A DNA stretch of 62,127 nt, filler included, from Sphacelaria rigidula (lineage: Eukaryota): assembly GCA_964200075.2 (NCBI GenBank). It is 8 parts of 8 records of this genome, joined end to end, with 100 filler letters (N's around TTAATTAATTAA, not from the genome) between each part and the next. Parts side by side here need not be neighbours in the genome. Positions count along the whole stretch, not along the records: positions 31,116 to 38,793 come from CAXNAA020013819.1; positions 38,894 to 46,571 come from CAXNAA020013820.1; positions 46,672 to 54,349 come from CAXNAA020013821.1; 5 more parts are not named here. One strand, given 5' to 3'. Below the pieces are notes generated by a model. It saw only the letters and a list, made by a program, of their open reading frames with translations, was not told the origin of the DNA and ran no database searches. The stretch's first letter is position 1, and each line of letters starts with the position of its first letter. Made by a program: the position numbers and the translations under genes. Of this stretch, positions 37,281 to 49,400 are shown one piece after another.

Positions 37281-38192
37281 CTGTTCTATGTGCAAAGTTA
37301 TTTGGAAAAGCGGTCTCTGCCTTTCAGTAGAGCAATATTCCAGCACGTCCCGGTCCAGTGGGGCTAAGTCCGTCAGTCAGGGCAAGGTCGCATTTTGAAG
37401 TTGGTGTTTGTCTTGTCAAGGGAGTCACCGTTTGATAGGGGTGGGGAGGGGGGCGGGCGTGTTCTGTCGTATGAAAGACAAGAGTTCAAGGGTGTGTCAC
37501 TGAACGCCCCACGCACGCGATGGGTATATTTCATATAGGGTGGAAATGTTGTCAAGCAACGTGCATTCATTCGTGTGTTTAGTGTTGATACCGAGGCCAC
37601 GCGAGAGAAATTTTCCGCCTATGTCGATGCCTTAGAAGTGCTCCTGGGTGCAAGACGTTAGCCGAAAACATACATACCCCTACTGTCGCGGATTCACTCC
37701 AGGTACCCATAAATCGAGAAAGTTAGTGCCGCTCTTGCGAGGGGTGGCATATATCTCAGTTTTCGGCATCCACCGTCCCGGTCACCCTTTTTGGCTGTAG
37801 CAGAAGAAGTTCACGTGTTATCCAAAGAACACTAATGAAGCAGTGTGAAGGCCTCTGCAAGCCGCTCACTAGCTGTAGTGAGTATTCCAAAGGACACAAA
37901 CAGCTGGTTGAATGAGCTGATATTTTCTTACACCTACACCCCCTCCCGTTATTCGGTGCGGCGCGGTCTTCAGGAGAGTCCAAAAATCAATCACCTCGCT
38001 GGTATTTTATTTAATCACTACATCAGTGACCTTTTTTTACTTGCGGTCAACTCGTACCAAAATCTTGAAAACATCGTGAATCCTTGCTTCGTCTGCAGGA
38101 ACGTACTTTCAAGACGATAACTATATTTCTTTTGGGAAGTCTGACCACGTCTGGCAGCCCAACTACTCGGATTACTTTTTTATTATTACTAA

Positions 38193-38490
38193 ATTTTTTT
38201 GTCGCACTTTGAACCCCTCCCCTTCCTCGGGACGAGTCCGTGGTCTCAAGGGATCGACCCATCTCTCCCTGGTACACGCCTTTCATGTTGGTCTCGCGGA
38301 TTGAATCAGCACTCCCGCACCGCGTCAACTCACGTCAAACAAACTCAGTCAACTTTTTTGTTTACTCACGTTCTCACGCTTTCCACTGTGGAAATCAGAT
38401 ACTACGAAGAAAAAGAACAATGCATCGGGAATCGAACCCTCGTTCTCTCAACCCTGATGGCGACAGTCGGACCATTACACCACCGGGGCC
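38193..38490 (-). mobile_element. tRNA-derived SINE, family A; further copies at ~41283-41591, ~4295-4560, ~5610-5650, ~61680-61943 (-) and 61984-62069 (+)
   Basis: Head TGGTGTAATGG (A box)...GGTTCGATTCC (B box); conserved body gatcccttgagaccacggactcgtcccgagg; ends ttcaaagt..A-tail. Confidence 0.85.
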
Positions 38491-38751
38491 CTGCAGCGAA
38501 GAAGAGATCTTACCCCGCCCCCTTCCCCCGGGCCAATTTTGTTTTCCGGGGGAGCTTGCAGGAAACTTTTGGATGTGGTTACGAAACCCAAAGATGTCCC
38601 ACCCATTGGCTCCTGCCCCCAAACACTCTAGATTTCGAGCATGTCAGTACCAAATTATTCGAAACAGTCATCCTGGGCGCATGTACGAGAGCATACGGCA
38701 CCGCAAGATGGCGTCGGGCGTGTGCATACACTTGCAAGTTTACCTCTTGAG

Positions 38752-38793
<42 letters not shown>

Positions 38794-38929
38794 NNNNNNN
38801 NNNNNNNNNNNNNNNNNNNNNNNNNNNNNNNNNNNNNTTAATTAATTAANNNNNNNNNNNNNNNNNNNNNNNNNNNNNNNNNNNNNNNNNNNNTTCAAAG
38901 TGTGAGGGAAAAAAAAAAGAAAGATACGG

Positions 38930-39424
38930 GCATGTTCTGCAGGGTATAGGATTCCTCACAGAAATTACAGAAGTATCGGGTACCGGTATGAGAGTCTTAT
39001 GGCACTTTTACAGAACTTGTCGGGTACGGTACCGGAGGCTGAGAGAAAAACCGTATCGGCAATCGAGTATTTTTTCAAGGACGTGCTCGCGCTCCGGGTA
39101 CGGGCATACATCGTGTACAGAACTCACACAAGTGTCGGGCAAGGGTATGGGAGGCACACGAAACTCACAGAAACTACTGGGCAGTGTATGGAGACTGCAG
39201 AGAACACTGTACCCGCAACTGGGTATCTTATCAAGAGCTTACCCGTGCCCTCGGTAACGGTACGGGAGGATTACGAATTCACAGAATTATCGGGTAAGGG
39301 TTTATGAAAGTCTTACAGGCTTCACAGAACTGTCGGATACCGGTATGAAAGAGTCGGGTACGGTAAATACCCTGAAAAATACCCCGGGAATACAGAAAAC
39401 CGTACACTACAGAACACAACCTTG
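38930..39424. mobile_element. hAT-like MITE built from repeated CAGAACTGTCGGGTA motifs; second copy at 51600-52411
   Basis: Right end ctacagaacacaaccttg matches the reverse complement of the other copy's left end caaggttatgttc; both copies share the internal repeats. Confidence 0.7.
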
Positions 39425-42400
39425 AAAATGTATCGATATATCACAGTAGTATCCTTTGTATCAGACCAGTTTCGATGTTAACTATGTATTGAACTTGGGC
39501 ACATGATATTTTATATATTGCGATACTATATACATTGATAGATCACGATATTAACCCTTTTGGACCTGGTAATGGAAAATTGGTGGTTTGCAAGTGATGG
39601 TCCTTGAACAAGATATGGTTGATTACTCACAGCATACTCGCCATCTGATGCTGCCCACAAAACGGTGCGTCGCTTATATGCAAAGCGGATATACAGATGT
39701 GCCGAGTCGGAGCCCGGAACCCCGGGTGCTTTTCGAATGGTGAGTTTCATGGCGTATTTTTGGATTTGCGTCCATGCATACAGTTGGACACACTTCACCC
39801 TTTCCATGCTATGATTGGATGAACCTTACTCGACCTCTCTGGGAGGGGCATTGGTCTTACACCCGTGGCGTGTGCGTCTGGATTCTTCTTTGGTCTTCCA
39901 CCGAAAAAATGGTCGTTTTTTTTTGTTCACATATTTCTCCTTTGCCAGGGCTTGACCAAATGAGGCGTCTGGCCCGGGGACGGGAGGGGAGGGTTCCCGA
40001 ACGGTTAAATATCATACGAGGCCGATTTTGGGAGCGTGACACACATCCCTGACATCCATTCACCCAATTATCTGAACTCAGAGCACACTGGGGGACTCGA
40101 ATCGATCTTGCCGTCCAAAAAAGGAACGATCCTACCAGAGCTGAAAGAATTGACCTCTATGGGCGCCTGGGCATTCACTAGCGGAGGCCACTTTATTGTT
40201 TGTAGGAAACTTTACAAAAAGGCGTACACCCCGGTACTTTCGGAACAAGAAAGGGTACCGCATTTTTCGCCTTGGGGCAGCGGCGCTGCACGCGGGCTAG
40301 ACAACTCGAAAACACGTTCCAGCGCCTCATCCCCACGCCCAAGGTGTCTGGGCAGCATACCCGTCTATTTTTTTGTCATCTTCACAAGTGTTACTGGGCT
40401 GAACTACGCCGCCAAAAATGAAAGCGTGTGAGAGTACCCTTTTTGTAAGCTAAACAGGAGGGTACACCCCGCCCTCTGCTAAAAAGTTATATTTCACCCT
40501 TTTTTGTTCCACTGTTGATCCCTTTTTGTGACGTGGTGACCGTACCGCCGTCTCAGCAAAAGATACGCCGAGCAGTCACAGCCATAGCTATTTTCGGTAA
40601 AATTACACCCCGCCAAAAAAAAGCCGAAACTCAACGATCAGAAGAGGGTATCACCCCCGCTGGTTGGCTCGAAGACCAGGAAGATCCCATGATACATACA
40701 GGTCGCTTGTATGCCGGAGCTCACAAAGATCCAACGAACACGGGTGAACATCTTGCTGACACACCAACCCGAACGGCAACATGCGGCGACAACGTCAGAC
40801 CGTTGCCGGATCTGCAATTTGCGGCTCGGAAACGGAGATGGACACCGACCGGTTTCCGGATTGGAGGAAGAACGCCCGAATCCAACGGTGTGGGCTGTAC
40901 ACTCGGGTTTCTTCCTCTGATCATTGCCGTTGCACCCACGAGACCACCACTCGGAATACTCAAAGCTGCATGTGAGACTGGCGCGCCGCCCAATATATCC
41001 ACATGCTCTTGAAAAAAAGGCGTTTTGTGCTGTGATGAAAATGATGTTCTGAAACCCAGATGTGGCATTGTTCATCTGACCCCATGTGAGGGTCTGCGTT
41101 GTAAGAAAACTTGTGCCTACGGTACATTTACTCGACTTGGTACTGCATAACTGCATCTAGAACGCGCACAGCGTGAAGGGGGTTCGAAATACAAAATGCA
41201 TAAACGGCGGTATAGTCGACGTTTGACTGTGTACACGACGCGGCACAGCGTGCCATCACTTTTCTCCTCCACTAGACTTCGTTATACTTTGAACACCTCG
41301 CCTTCCTCGGGACGAGTCCGTGGTCTCAAGGGATCAACCCATATCTCCCCCTTACACGCCTTGCACCTTCGTCTCGCGGGATGGATCATGACCAACACTC
41401 CCGCACCACGTCAACTCTCGTCAGACAAACTCAGACAACCAAGTTTTTGTCTACTAATGTACACCACCGTCCGACGGTGGGAATCAGATACCTTTGGAGA
41501 AAAAACTCAACGCATTTGTCAGGATTCGAATTCACATCCTCTCCAGCCTAATGTTGGCAGTAGGACCTTTAGACCGCCGGGGCGGGGCTCCACTAACTAG
41601 CAGCAATTATCGTGTACTATGCTACGGTCATCCTCCAAAAACTGGCGGGAATGTCAGAGGCCGGATTCTCGGTACAGAAGGCCGCGGGCGCCTAAAGGGC
41701 TCAAACCTAGAACGTGGCCAGCCATTTTTGGCTCTCCTTGTCACAGCGGGGCGGGCAAAAGGCTCTACCGGTTCGATGGTTGCGACAGGCATCCATCATA
41801 TCACAGCCATGGGGTGAGGTTGATTATACGTAGGTCGTGCCTTGACGAGACATGAACTACAACTGGGATCCCTCCCCATCCTCGCCCCCCGCCCCCCCCG
41901 CCGTTTGTGTGCTCATCCTTCATGCGACTCGCCGAACATGTCACGGCAATCCGCGCTTGGTAATTGATTGCGAGCATGGTCCGGCGAAAACTCGGCGTGC
42001 TGCGTCCCGGCTCTGTAGGGATGCGAGGTCAATCAATGGTCACATGACCATGGCATGCAAGATCATGAGAACACCCCCCTCCCCCCCCTTCCTTATGAGA
42101 CTATGATTTGGATGATGACCTTGGTTCCTCTCAGTACTTTCGTTTTGTATCTAAAACCATTTTTTGTGGTGACCAATCTCTACTTATACAAATCTGAGGA
42201 TTTCAGCCTGCCTACAGTCGATTTTCTCCCGTGATTTCACTTTTGGAACCCCAGTCCGTCGGGCAATGTTTTTCGGCTAGCCGTGAGAGAACCGGATCAC
42301 TTCTTCGGTTCTCTAGACGTTGACTTTTGGTATGCCACGTTCCTGCTCGAACGAAATCGACACTGCCGAATAAGTGTGCGCGAGGGACAGATATGGGCAC

Positions 42401-44429
42401 AACGTCCATACGTGAGGATAGATTTTTGTAGTGAAATGTGAAAATCAACCGATCAGAGGCCCTTCAGTGAGGAATCGGCGGAATCTAGCGCTCTAGCGCA
42501 AATGAAATGCGACCTTCGTAGTGAATTATGTAGTGAAAAATGATTGTGATTGGCTGGCACACTCGAGTCACACCTGTAGTGTACGCCGGGGCGGATAGAA
42601 CAGCAGCAGAGAGACGAAGCTGCAAGCAGACAAGCAGACAAGCAGACAAGCAGACAGCGAGTGGTACATTTCCGCCACAGTGGGCCATTGCGATGCTCGT
42701 GTATTGGTATATTCCCATCTTGCCATGGCCGGATACCAGTGGCAGCGGCCGCCATGCTGACAGGTGCAAGCGGTACCCTGGCGGTGCAGTATATCCGCAC
42801 TATGCCGTGCGTTGTTCCTTTCATCGGAGCACGGGGTCTGGCCCAGCCGGTCGAGTGGTGTATACCGGTACTGGTTGTGTATCTTTACCCAGCCATGTTT
42901 GGTATCGTGCAAATGATGGGTCCGGGTAACATGAAGGTTTCAACAGACAGTCAAGTGTGTAGACTGCACTGCGTCCCGACTGTGATACTACATTTTACAG
43001 AGAGACGAACACAGCAACAGTGCAGCACTTGAAGCAATCTCAGCGGAGACCAAACCGTCTTCGCAAGACTAGACACACCACAGAACAGTGATAGATAGCT
43101 ACAGCACATATGAGAGGGCGGACGTGAGTGTGTTCGTGGTGCAGTACAGTAAAACAGGAAATGTCCCATGTTTCAGTTCTTCGGCTGATTTTAAACGAGT
43201 CCTCAGTGCTTGCCGGATGCCGATCTTGAACGTTCGGCCATATTCCGCTTCGCGCAAATAATTTAATTCGCTAAAACATCATCCTCTTGTATGGGTCTGG
43301 TGCCCAGATTTGGGGGCGCACATCTGCCTTGTGTGTTTGGGAGTGCCCCGATTTGAGCAGAAGAGTGACACACCAAACGTCAAGAGATTGGAAGAATCGA
43401 TCCGGTTTTCTCACAGCTAGCCGGAAAAAATTGCACAACGGACTGGAGTCCGAAAAATCAATCCACGGGAGGATATCCCCTGTAGGCATGCTGATATTCT
43501 CAGATTTGTACAAATGTAGATTGGTCCCCGTAAAAAAATACTCTATTCCTTGTCTTGTAATGGAGGGTGGCGGTATTGATGCGACGGATCGCCGTGCTTT
43601 TTTCGGAAGTTTTTTTTTCTTCTGCTACAGGCTGGGCTGCCCAAGACGCGGACAGGAATGTGAACACGCGATTATGCTGCTCAATTTTGGGTCATTTTCG
43701 ATTAAATTTTGACACGATGTACAGGACGTATGATATGTGCGACGAACCCATCATGTCTGCCCTACATTTCTCTTCGTGAGTTATTCCCCATTTCGTTCCG
43801 AAAAACTGTCCTGAAATGTGTCCCGTCGGTGACACGTCGCGCGTCTGTTTCTCTCCACCTTTTGCATGGGGATTTGAGTGATTTATTTGCGTTGATCAAA
43901 TGCTTGCGATTCCTCCTCGCGCTCGTTGTTGTACAGCCAGAACGTGTCTGCTGGGGTCCGACTGATGAAGAAGATAAACGAGGCTGCTGCGACAGACCCC
44001 AAACCCTTCCCTCGCCTGAAAGAGAACGTGTACCTGCTCATAATCCATGACGACCTGAAGGCGAGTATTTATTCACATTCGTCATGAGCGCCATGATTGA
44101 ACTACGAACCGCGCAAATGATTCCGTCATGGTGTTCTTCAGGATCGCCGATTCTTTTATCCAACTTCTTCAATCCTCTCAGAGGTGGTACTCACTAACTT
44201 GCGCTTGTTGCCGCTGGCGGACAGTCGCGTGGTTCACATAAACATGTGCGACTTTGGGCAGATTCACACTGATGTATGTTAAGGACCGAATGCTTGTTGG
44301 CAGTACGCACACTGTTGTCAACCGTAGCCCACTGCGTGAATTGCGGAGATTACCAACGTCGCTCTCCGGTCAAACCTGAAGTTCAGGGCATAGCAAATAT
44401 TTCCCTCCACGCACGTGCATAAAATGATA

Positions 44430-46450
44430 TGCTCAATGGAGCAAGGCTTCGTTCGCATCTTGTGCTTCTACTGCGGGTCAGGGCGGTGATCAACGAGCAC
44501 ATATTAGCAGTGCTGTTTGGGAAGGATAGGGGGGTCGCAGACATCCTTCGGGGGCTTGTCGTGTGTGTCGCACCTGTTCCTACACCTCTCCCGAGCGAAC
44601 AAGGACTCCTTCTGTCCGTCCCAGCTACCACGACCTCAAAGCATCCATGCGCAGTGCATTCTGCATGGTTGCGCGGGCGAAGGGTGTTTGCCCTAATCGC
44701 CCCTTCTACTTCTTTCAGCTGGGAACCGACAGGCTCGAACAGGTTTTCGCTTTCATTCGCACCATCACGCACTCCAGGATCTGCGACCTCCTCGAGCTGA
44801 GCGACCGATTTTCCGCAGCAACGCAGTTGGCGCACATTTGGGGGCCCAATCCCACTTGGCGAAACCCGTCCAAGCGGCTGAAGCAGGGGAAGGAGGACCA
44901 GAACAACACCATCTTGTGGGGCGAGGGGGGGGGCACAAGAGCGCGTCAGGTGTAGTCTTCCGACAGTGCTGGATGAGTGGTCGGGATGAGGCGGTGGCAG
45001 TGCTTTCTCGACACCCCGACTACAAGGGGCTCACGGCAGACGCGTTACGAGCACTGGACAGGGCCGGGATCACAATGCTGGAACCGTTCGGGTTAGTTAC
45101 ATCGCCGCAGGACAGCTTGGTGTCGTCTTCGATATGTTTTCATCGCTGCGTACCTCACTGTGTCAGGCAAATTTATGTAGTTCCCTCTTGTAGCACGCCA
45201 GTATTGGCATCCACGCAGTTGGTGGCATACCGTCTATATTGCGATGAGCGGGTGATGACAATGCATTGAAGCCGTACGATGAGAACAACATGTGTGTGGA
45301 TGCTGCACTCGTCAAGTCAAGCGCCACGTTACATCCCCGATGCGGTCACTACTACTCAGTGTACTCCTTAACTTGCAATCAACATCAGGCATGAGGGTGG
45401 GATGCCTGGAGTGGGAACGAAGCCCGAAGATATCAACGTTGGAGACCATCACGGAACCGAGCCGACGCTGGAGGCGGCACCGGGAGCAGCAGGTGCGCAG
45501 ACGACCCAGACCGTTCCCCCCGGGGGGGGGGGGCGACGGGGATAGTAGACAGGAGGACACCGAACAGCTTGCATGTGGGTCGGAGAACGAAGAAGACGGT
45601 GATCTGGAAGTGCTGGTCGATACAGCTCTGGACGCAAGTGTTGCCCCAACTCGGTCATCAGTGCAGCGAAATACGACGGTTAATTCGGTGGAAATGCCCA
45701 AGAGTCGCGCTATTTACGCCATTTTCACGTCAGGCACCACCACCACTAGGATGTCGACGGACCGTCTGCGTCGTGTAATGGGCCAGCCCGCTATAGTGTC
45801 GCCAGCTACATCTCTCTTGGCGGATGATGGTGAGCCTGCGTGCGCGATCAATATGTGGCACGGTGACCCACTTGTTGCCCGCGTCGCCCTCTCCAAAGAG
45901 GGCAATGGGGTTCTGGGGCTTTTCGCGGCCACGAGGGCGCCCGCTAGCGACGATCCACACGACGCAAAGAGAGTGTACGGGGCGCTGCTGCGGCTGGAGT
46001 ATGAGCGAGTAGAGGCGACGGACAGTTCAGATTCAGATTAAGATGACGGCGGTGTTGAAGAAGGGTGGTGTTGGACGGGCGGAGTGGAAAAAAAGGTCCC
46101 CCGTTGAAGCTGTGGCCAGTAGACGTGACTCCGCTGAACCCGAAACTTACAAAGTCTTTTAGATGGCTACTACTTCTCGTTGAAGGCTTTGCAGCGGGTG
46201 TGGGAAGATATCTTGGTCAAGGCGGACGACGACATGGCCACAAACAAGGCAGGCAACAATCACCGACCTACCAATTGTGACCGGCGCCAGAGTTGCTCAA
46301 CTTCCGTATCATCATACCTTGGCCGAACCTGATGTCGCCGTGGGCAGCGCACAGACAACAGCGACGGCGGCCAAGCTCCGGTGCAAGCTGTGCTCCGTCT
46401 TCGTCGAGACTAAATTCATGCGTGCCCACGCTGGGTAGCATCTACTTTTG
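44430..46450 (+). pseudogene. Degraded unclassified DNA transposase (GTDRLE / STDRL family, P-like catalytic Glu context)
   Basis: Ordered motifs across frameshifts: RLRSHL; FYFFQLGTDRLEQVFAFIRT (44722-44739); NPTWRNPSKRL; CWMSGR; MLEPFG-[probable intron ~45091-45388]-MRVG; STDRLRRV (45754-45777); GDPLVA; CKLC..MRAHAG*HLL (46382-46450). Confidence 0.7.
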
Positions 46451-49400
46451 AGTCTCGTCACGCCAGCGGTGGGTTTGAGATGGGCGAATACTGAGCGTTA
46501 TTATTATTATTATTATTATTATTTCCGCACATTAGTCCGATCTCGCGAAGCCGTGGTCACAGACGTAGGCTNNNNNNNNNNNNNNNNNNNNNNNNNNNNN
46601 NNNNNNNNNNNNNNNTTAATTAATTAANNNNNNNNNNNNNNNNNNNNNNNNNNNNNNNNNNNNNNNNNNNNCCCCCCCCCCCCCCCCTCCCCCCTCCTCG
46701 CTCCACCCCCCTCCCCTCCCCTCCCCTCTCCTCCCTACCCCTCACCAACTAGCTTGAGGTGCACTTGCAAGTCCAAGGTGTATTCACCTGTCGTGTTCGT
46801 CCTTGTAGCTGAGGATATTCATCCACAACAGGACAGGACAGGACAGGACAGCATACAGTAGTGGTACGCTACCGTGAGCGTTCACACAAGACACACCTGC
46901 ATGCAACAGAAATGAAGCCAGCGAAGAGCGCTCATTTTTTAAAGTTCTGCATTTCCTACCACAACAGTGTACTACCTCGTACACACTGACTGTACACACT
47001 AGTCACAAATGTATAGCAGGAGCCCTTCAAAAACAACCGTAAGTAGCGCAAGTATGTCCCGCACCCTTCCTTCACCAACTAGGGTACACGGGCGCTCTCT
47101 TATTTGAGTCTCCCATGGAGCAGAGTTACATGGTCAGGATACGGAAGGAGGAGTTTGCATCACGTCTTTACAGCACGGGGGCAGCGTCAGCCTTATCTTG
47201 AGGAGCAACGGTTTTTTACAGCACAGTAGGACAGCACAAGTGTAGGTATTTCTTGTTTTCGGAGGTGATAATCAAAGAAGCCGCTGATTCGGCATTATCG
47301 CTCGATGCTGAGAAAATCCAAGTTTCTACGAGTAACCTGAAACGCCCCTGGCGAAATGCCATGAGTCAAACTCTGGAGGCGAGTAAGGGTACACCAGTAA
47401 GTGGATCACGGTACGCAGAAGGCCGGAAGTTTCTCCACTATGCCTGGTACACCTGGTACCATGTCCGGGGAAGCAGCGTCTATTTTTTCGTCCGAACAAA
47501 GCCAGGAGTATCGGAATGTGTGCATGTAGTTACTATTCTTTGAAGCCCCCATAATTTGGTGTTGCGGGCGCTGCGTTGTGCTTCTTCTTGTGGTGATTGA
47601 TGTAATGTTCCGTTGTACTGTTGTAGTTGATGAAAACATGGCGCACCGTGAGCATGCACTGTCGATTGGTGCCATAATTGCGTTCGGAGGCCGTCGCCGT
47701 GGCACTCTCCCTTCAGTGTTCGTACAGAATGATGTTGCCTCTCCCTGCGCTGTGTTGGGGGTGTTTTTTTGCTCTTGGAAAAGTCCTTGGCCCAGGCGAA
47801 GACAACGTCTGTCAGTCCCAAGATGTCAAGCCATAGGTGCGGCAGCCGCGCGGGTTGTGAGGTCTCATCCATAGAGCAGTCCTGCCGCAAACTATCCTAT
47901 CTATCCTACCCTGTATGGACAGGAAGCGCCAGTTCTCGCCACAGCACACGTTCAGTGAAATTGCAGTGCAGCTGTCGTAAGGCACCGGTGCGATGCCTCT
48001 ATGCTACACGCACGGAGATCATGCCCTACTGCTCAAATGCCCTTGCACTCAGGCCCGAGGCTGCTGCGTACGGCGGCATGATCGAACGTGATAATGTCAT
48101 CTTTGTTTTCCTTTATCTGTGCTCAGTCGACAGCGAACTAAAGAGCGGACTACGATATATATATATGTGTGTGTTTCAATGAGTCTGCTGAGAAAGGACT
48201 AACCACGACCATCATCATCACTCAGTGGGAGGGTCTCCATGTCTCTCAAACATCAAACATCGCTACGCTGTGCAGGTATATCACCCCGCACCCCACCCGG
48301 CTCCACCCCCAAATTATTCCGCGGAACTCGGGGCCATGTTTTTCCGACATGAAACTCTCTCGCCCAAGTAAATCTGAAAGGCGGTAAGAACCAACTGGTG
48401 CCCTTTCGGGAGTCTCAGATTTCAAAGATCCGCACGGGCAGCGCAGAAACGGAAATATATATTTGAATGAAACATGTTCCTTTCTCCAAGTTGATGATGC
48501 CCCGACTGGTGCACAAGCTGCACAACCCTATTTACTACCCACTGGAAGCTTACCTCTACTTCGTGCCAGTTCTCACATGATGCCTCACAAGTTCTGCAGA
48601 ACACAACGTGCAGCTTCGGTGCCCTTTTTGGTTTTTGCTTCGACTGGTCTTCCTCCACGATACGAAGATGTCGTCTCCATTGTCCAAGCCATGCCCGAGC
48701 TTTGGGCTTAACCCGAGCTGGTCGCCCAGTTTCGTGCTGTCGTGAACAAGCGCTCGGCTGGAGGGGTGACTATAATATATTCCGATTCTCTAGGGGCCTC
48801 CCTTACCCGGGATCACATGCGTTATGACTTCAAGCCTTGGCAACGAAGAAGAATGAAACCAGAAAATACCGAGGCCAACCATTCAATACCGCAGAAGTTT
48901 TAAGAAATTGCTCGCGTTGGTACGTCATGCGCACACCATAAATGTTACCCCGCAGCGGTCGGACTATTTTGTCCAACAATAATAGCACGCAACGGGCAAT
49001 TATTTTGGGTAGTTAGATAGCCTGTCACCACAGCAGGCGTCCGCATCCGATGGCCAGTACGGAGTTGTTGTTATCAAGGTTGTTGTTTTTTTGTTGGTGT
49101 CTACCGTTCCGATACTCTGTACTGGGGGCATCTGATGCGGACGCCTTCCGTGAGCACAGGCTAACTACTCAAGCTAGTAGGGTAAAATAAAATAATGAAA
49201 TACATCGAACCCAGAAACAATTCCCACAGGCACGATAAAAAAGAAATAAAAAACTATAGTAATACAATAAGAAGACTAAAAAAGAATAAAGAGAGGAAGG
49301 AAAGAGGACTGCTGCTAGCCCTCTAAGTTCTGACATCATATGCGACCATTCGGGCTACTGGAGGCAGAGTGCATTGGTCCACTCAACACGCGAGGTCAAA

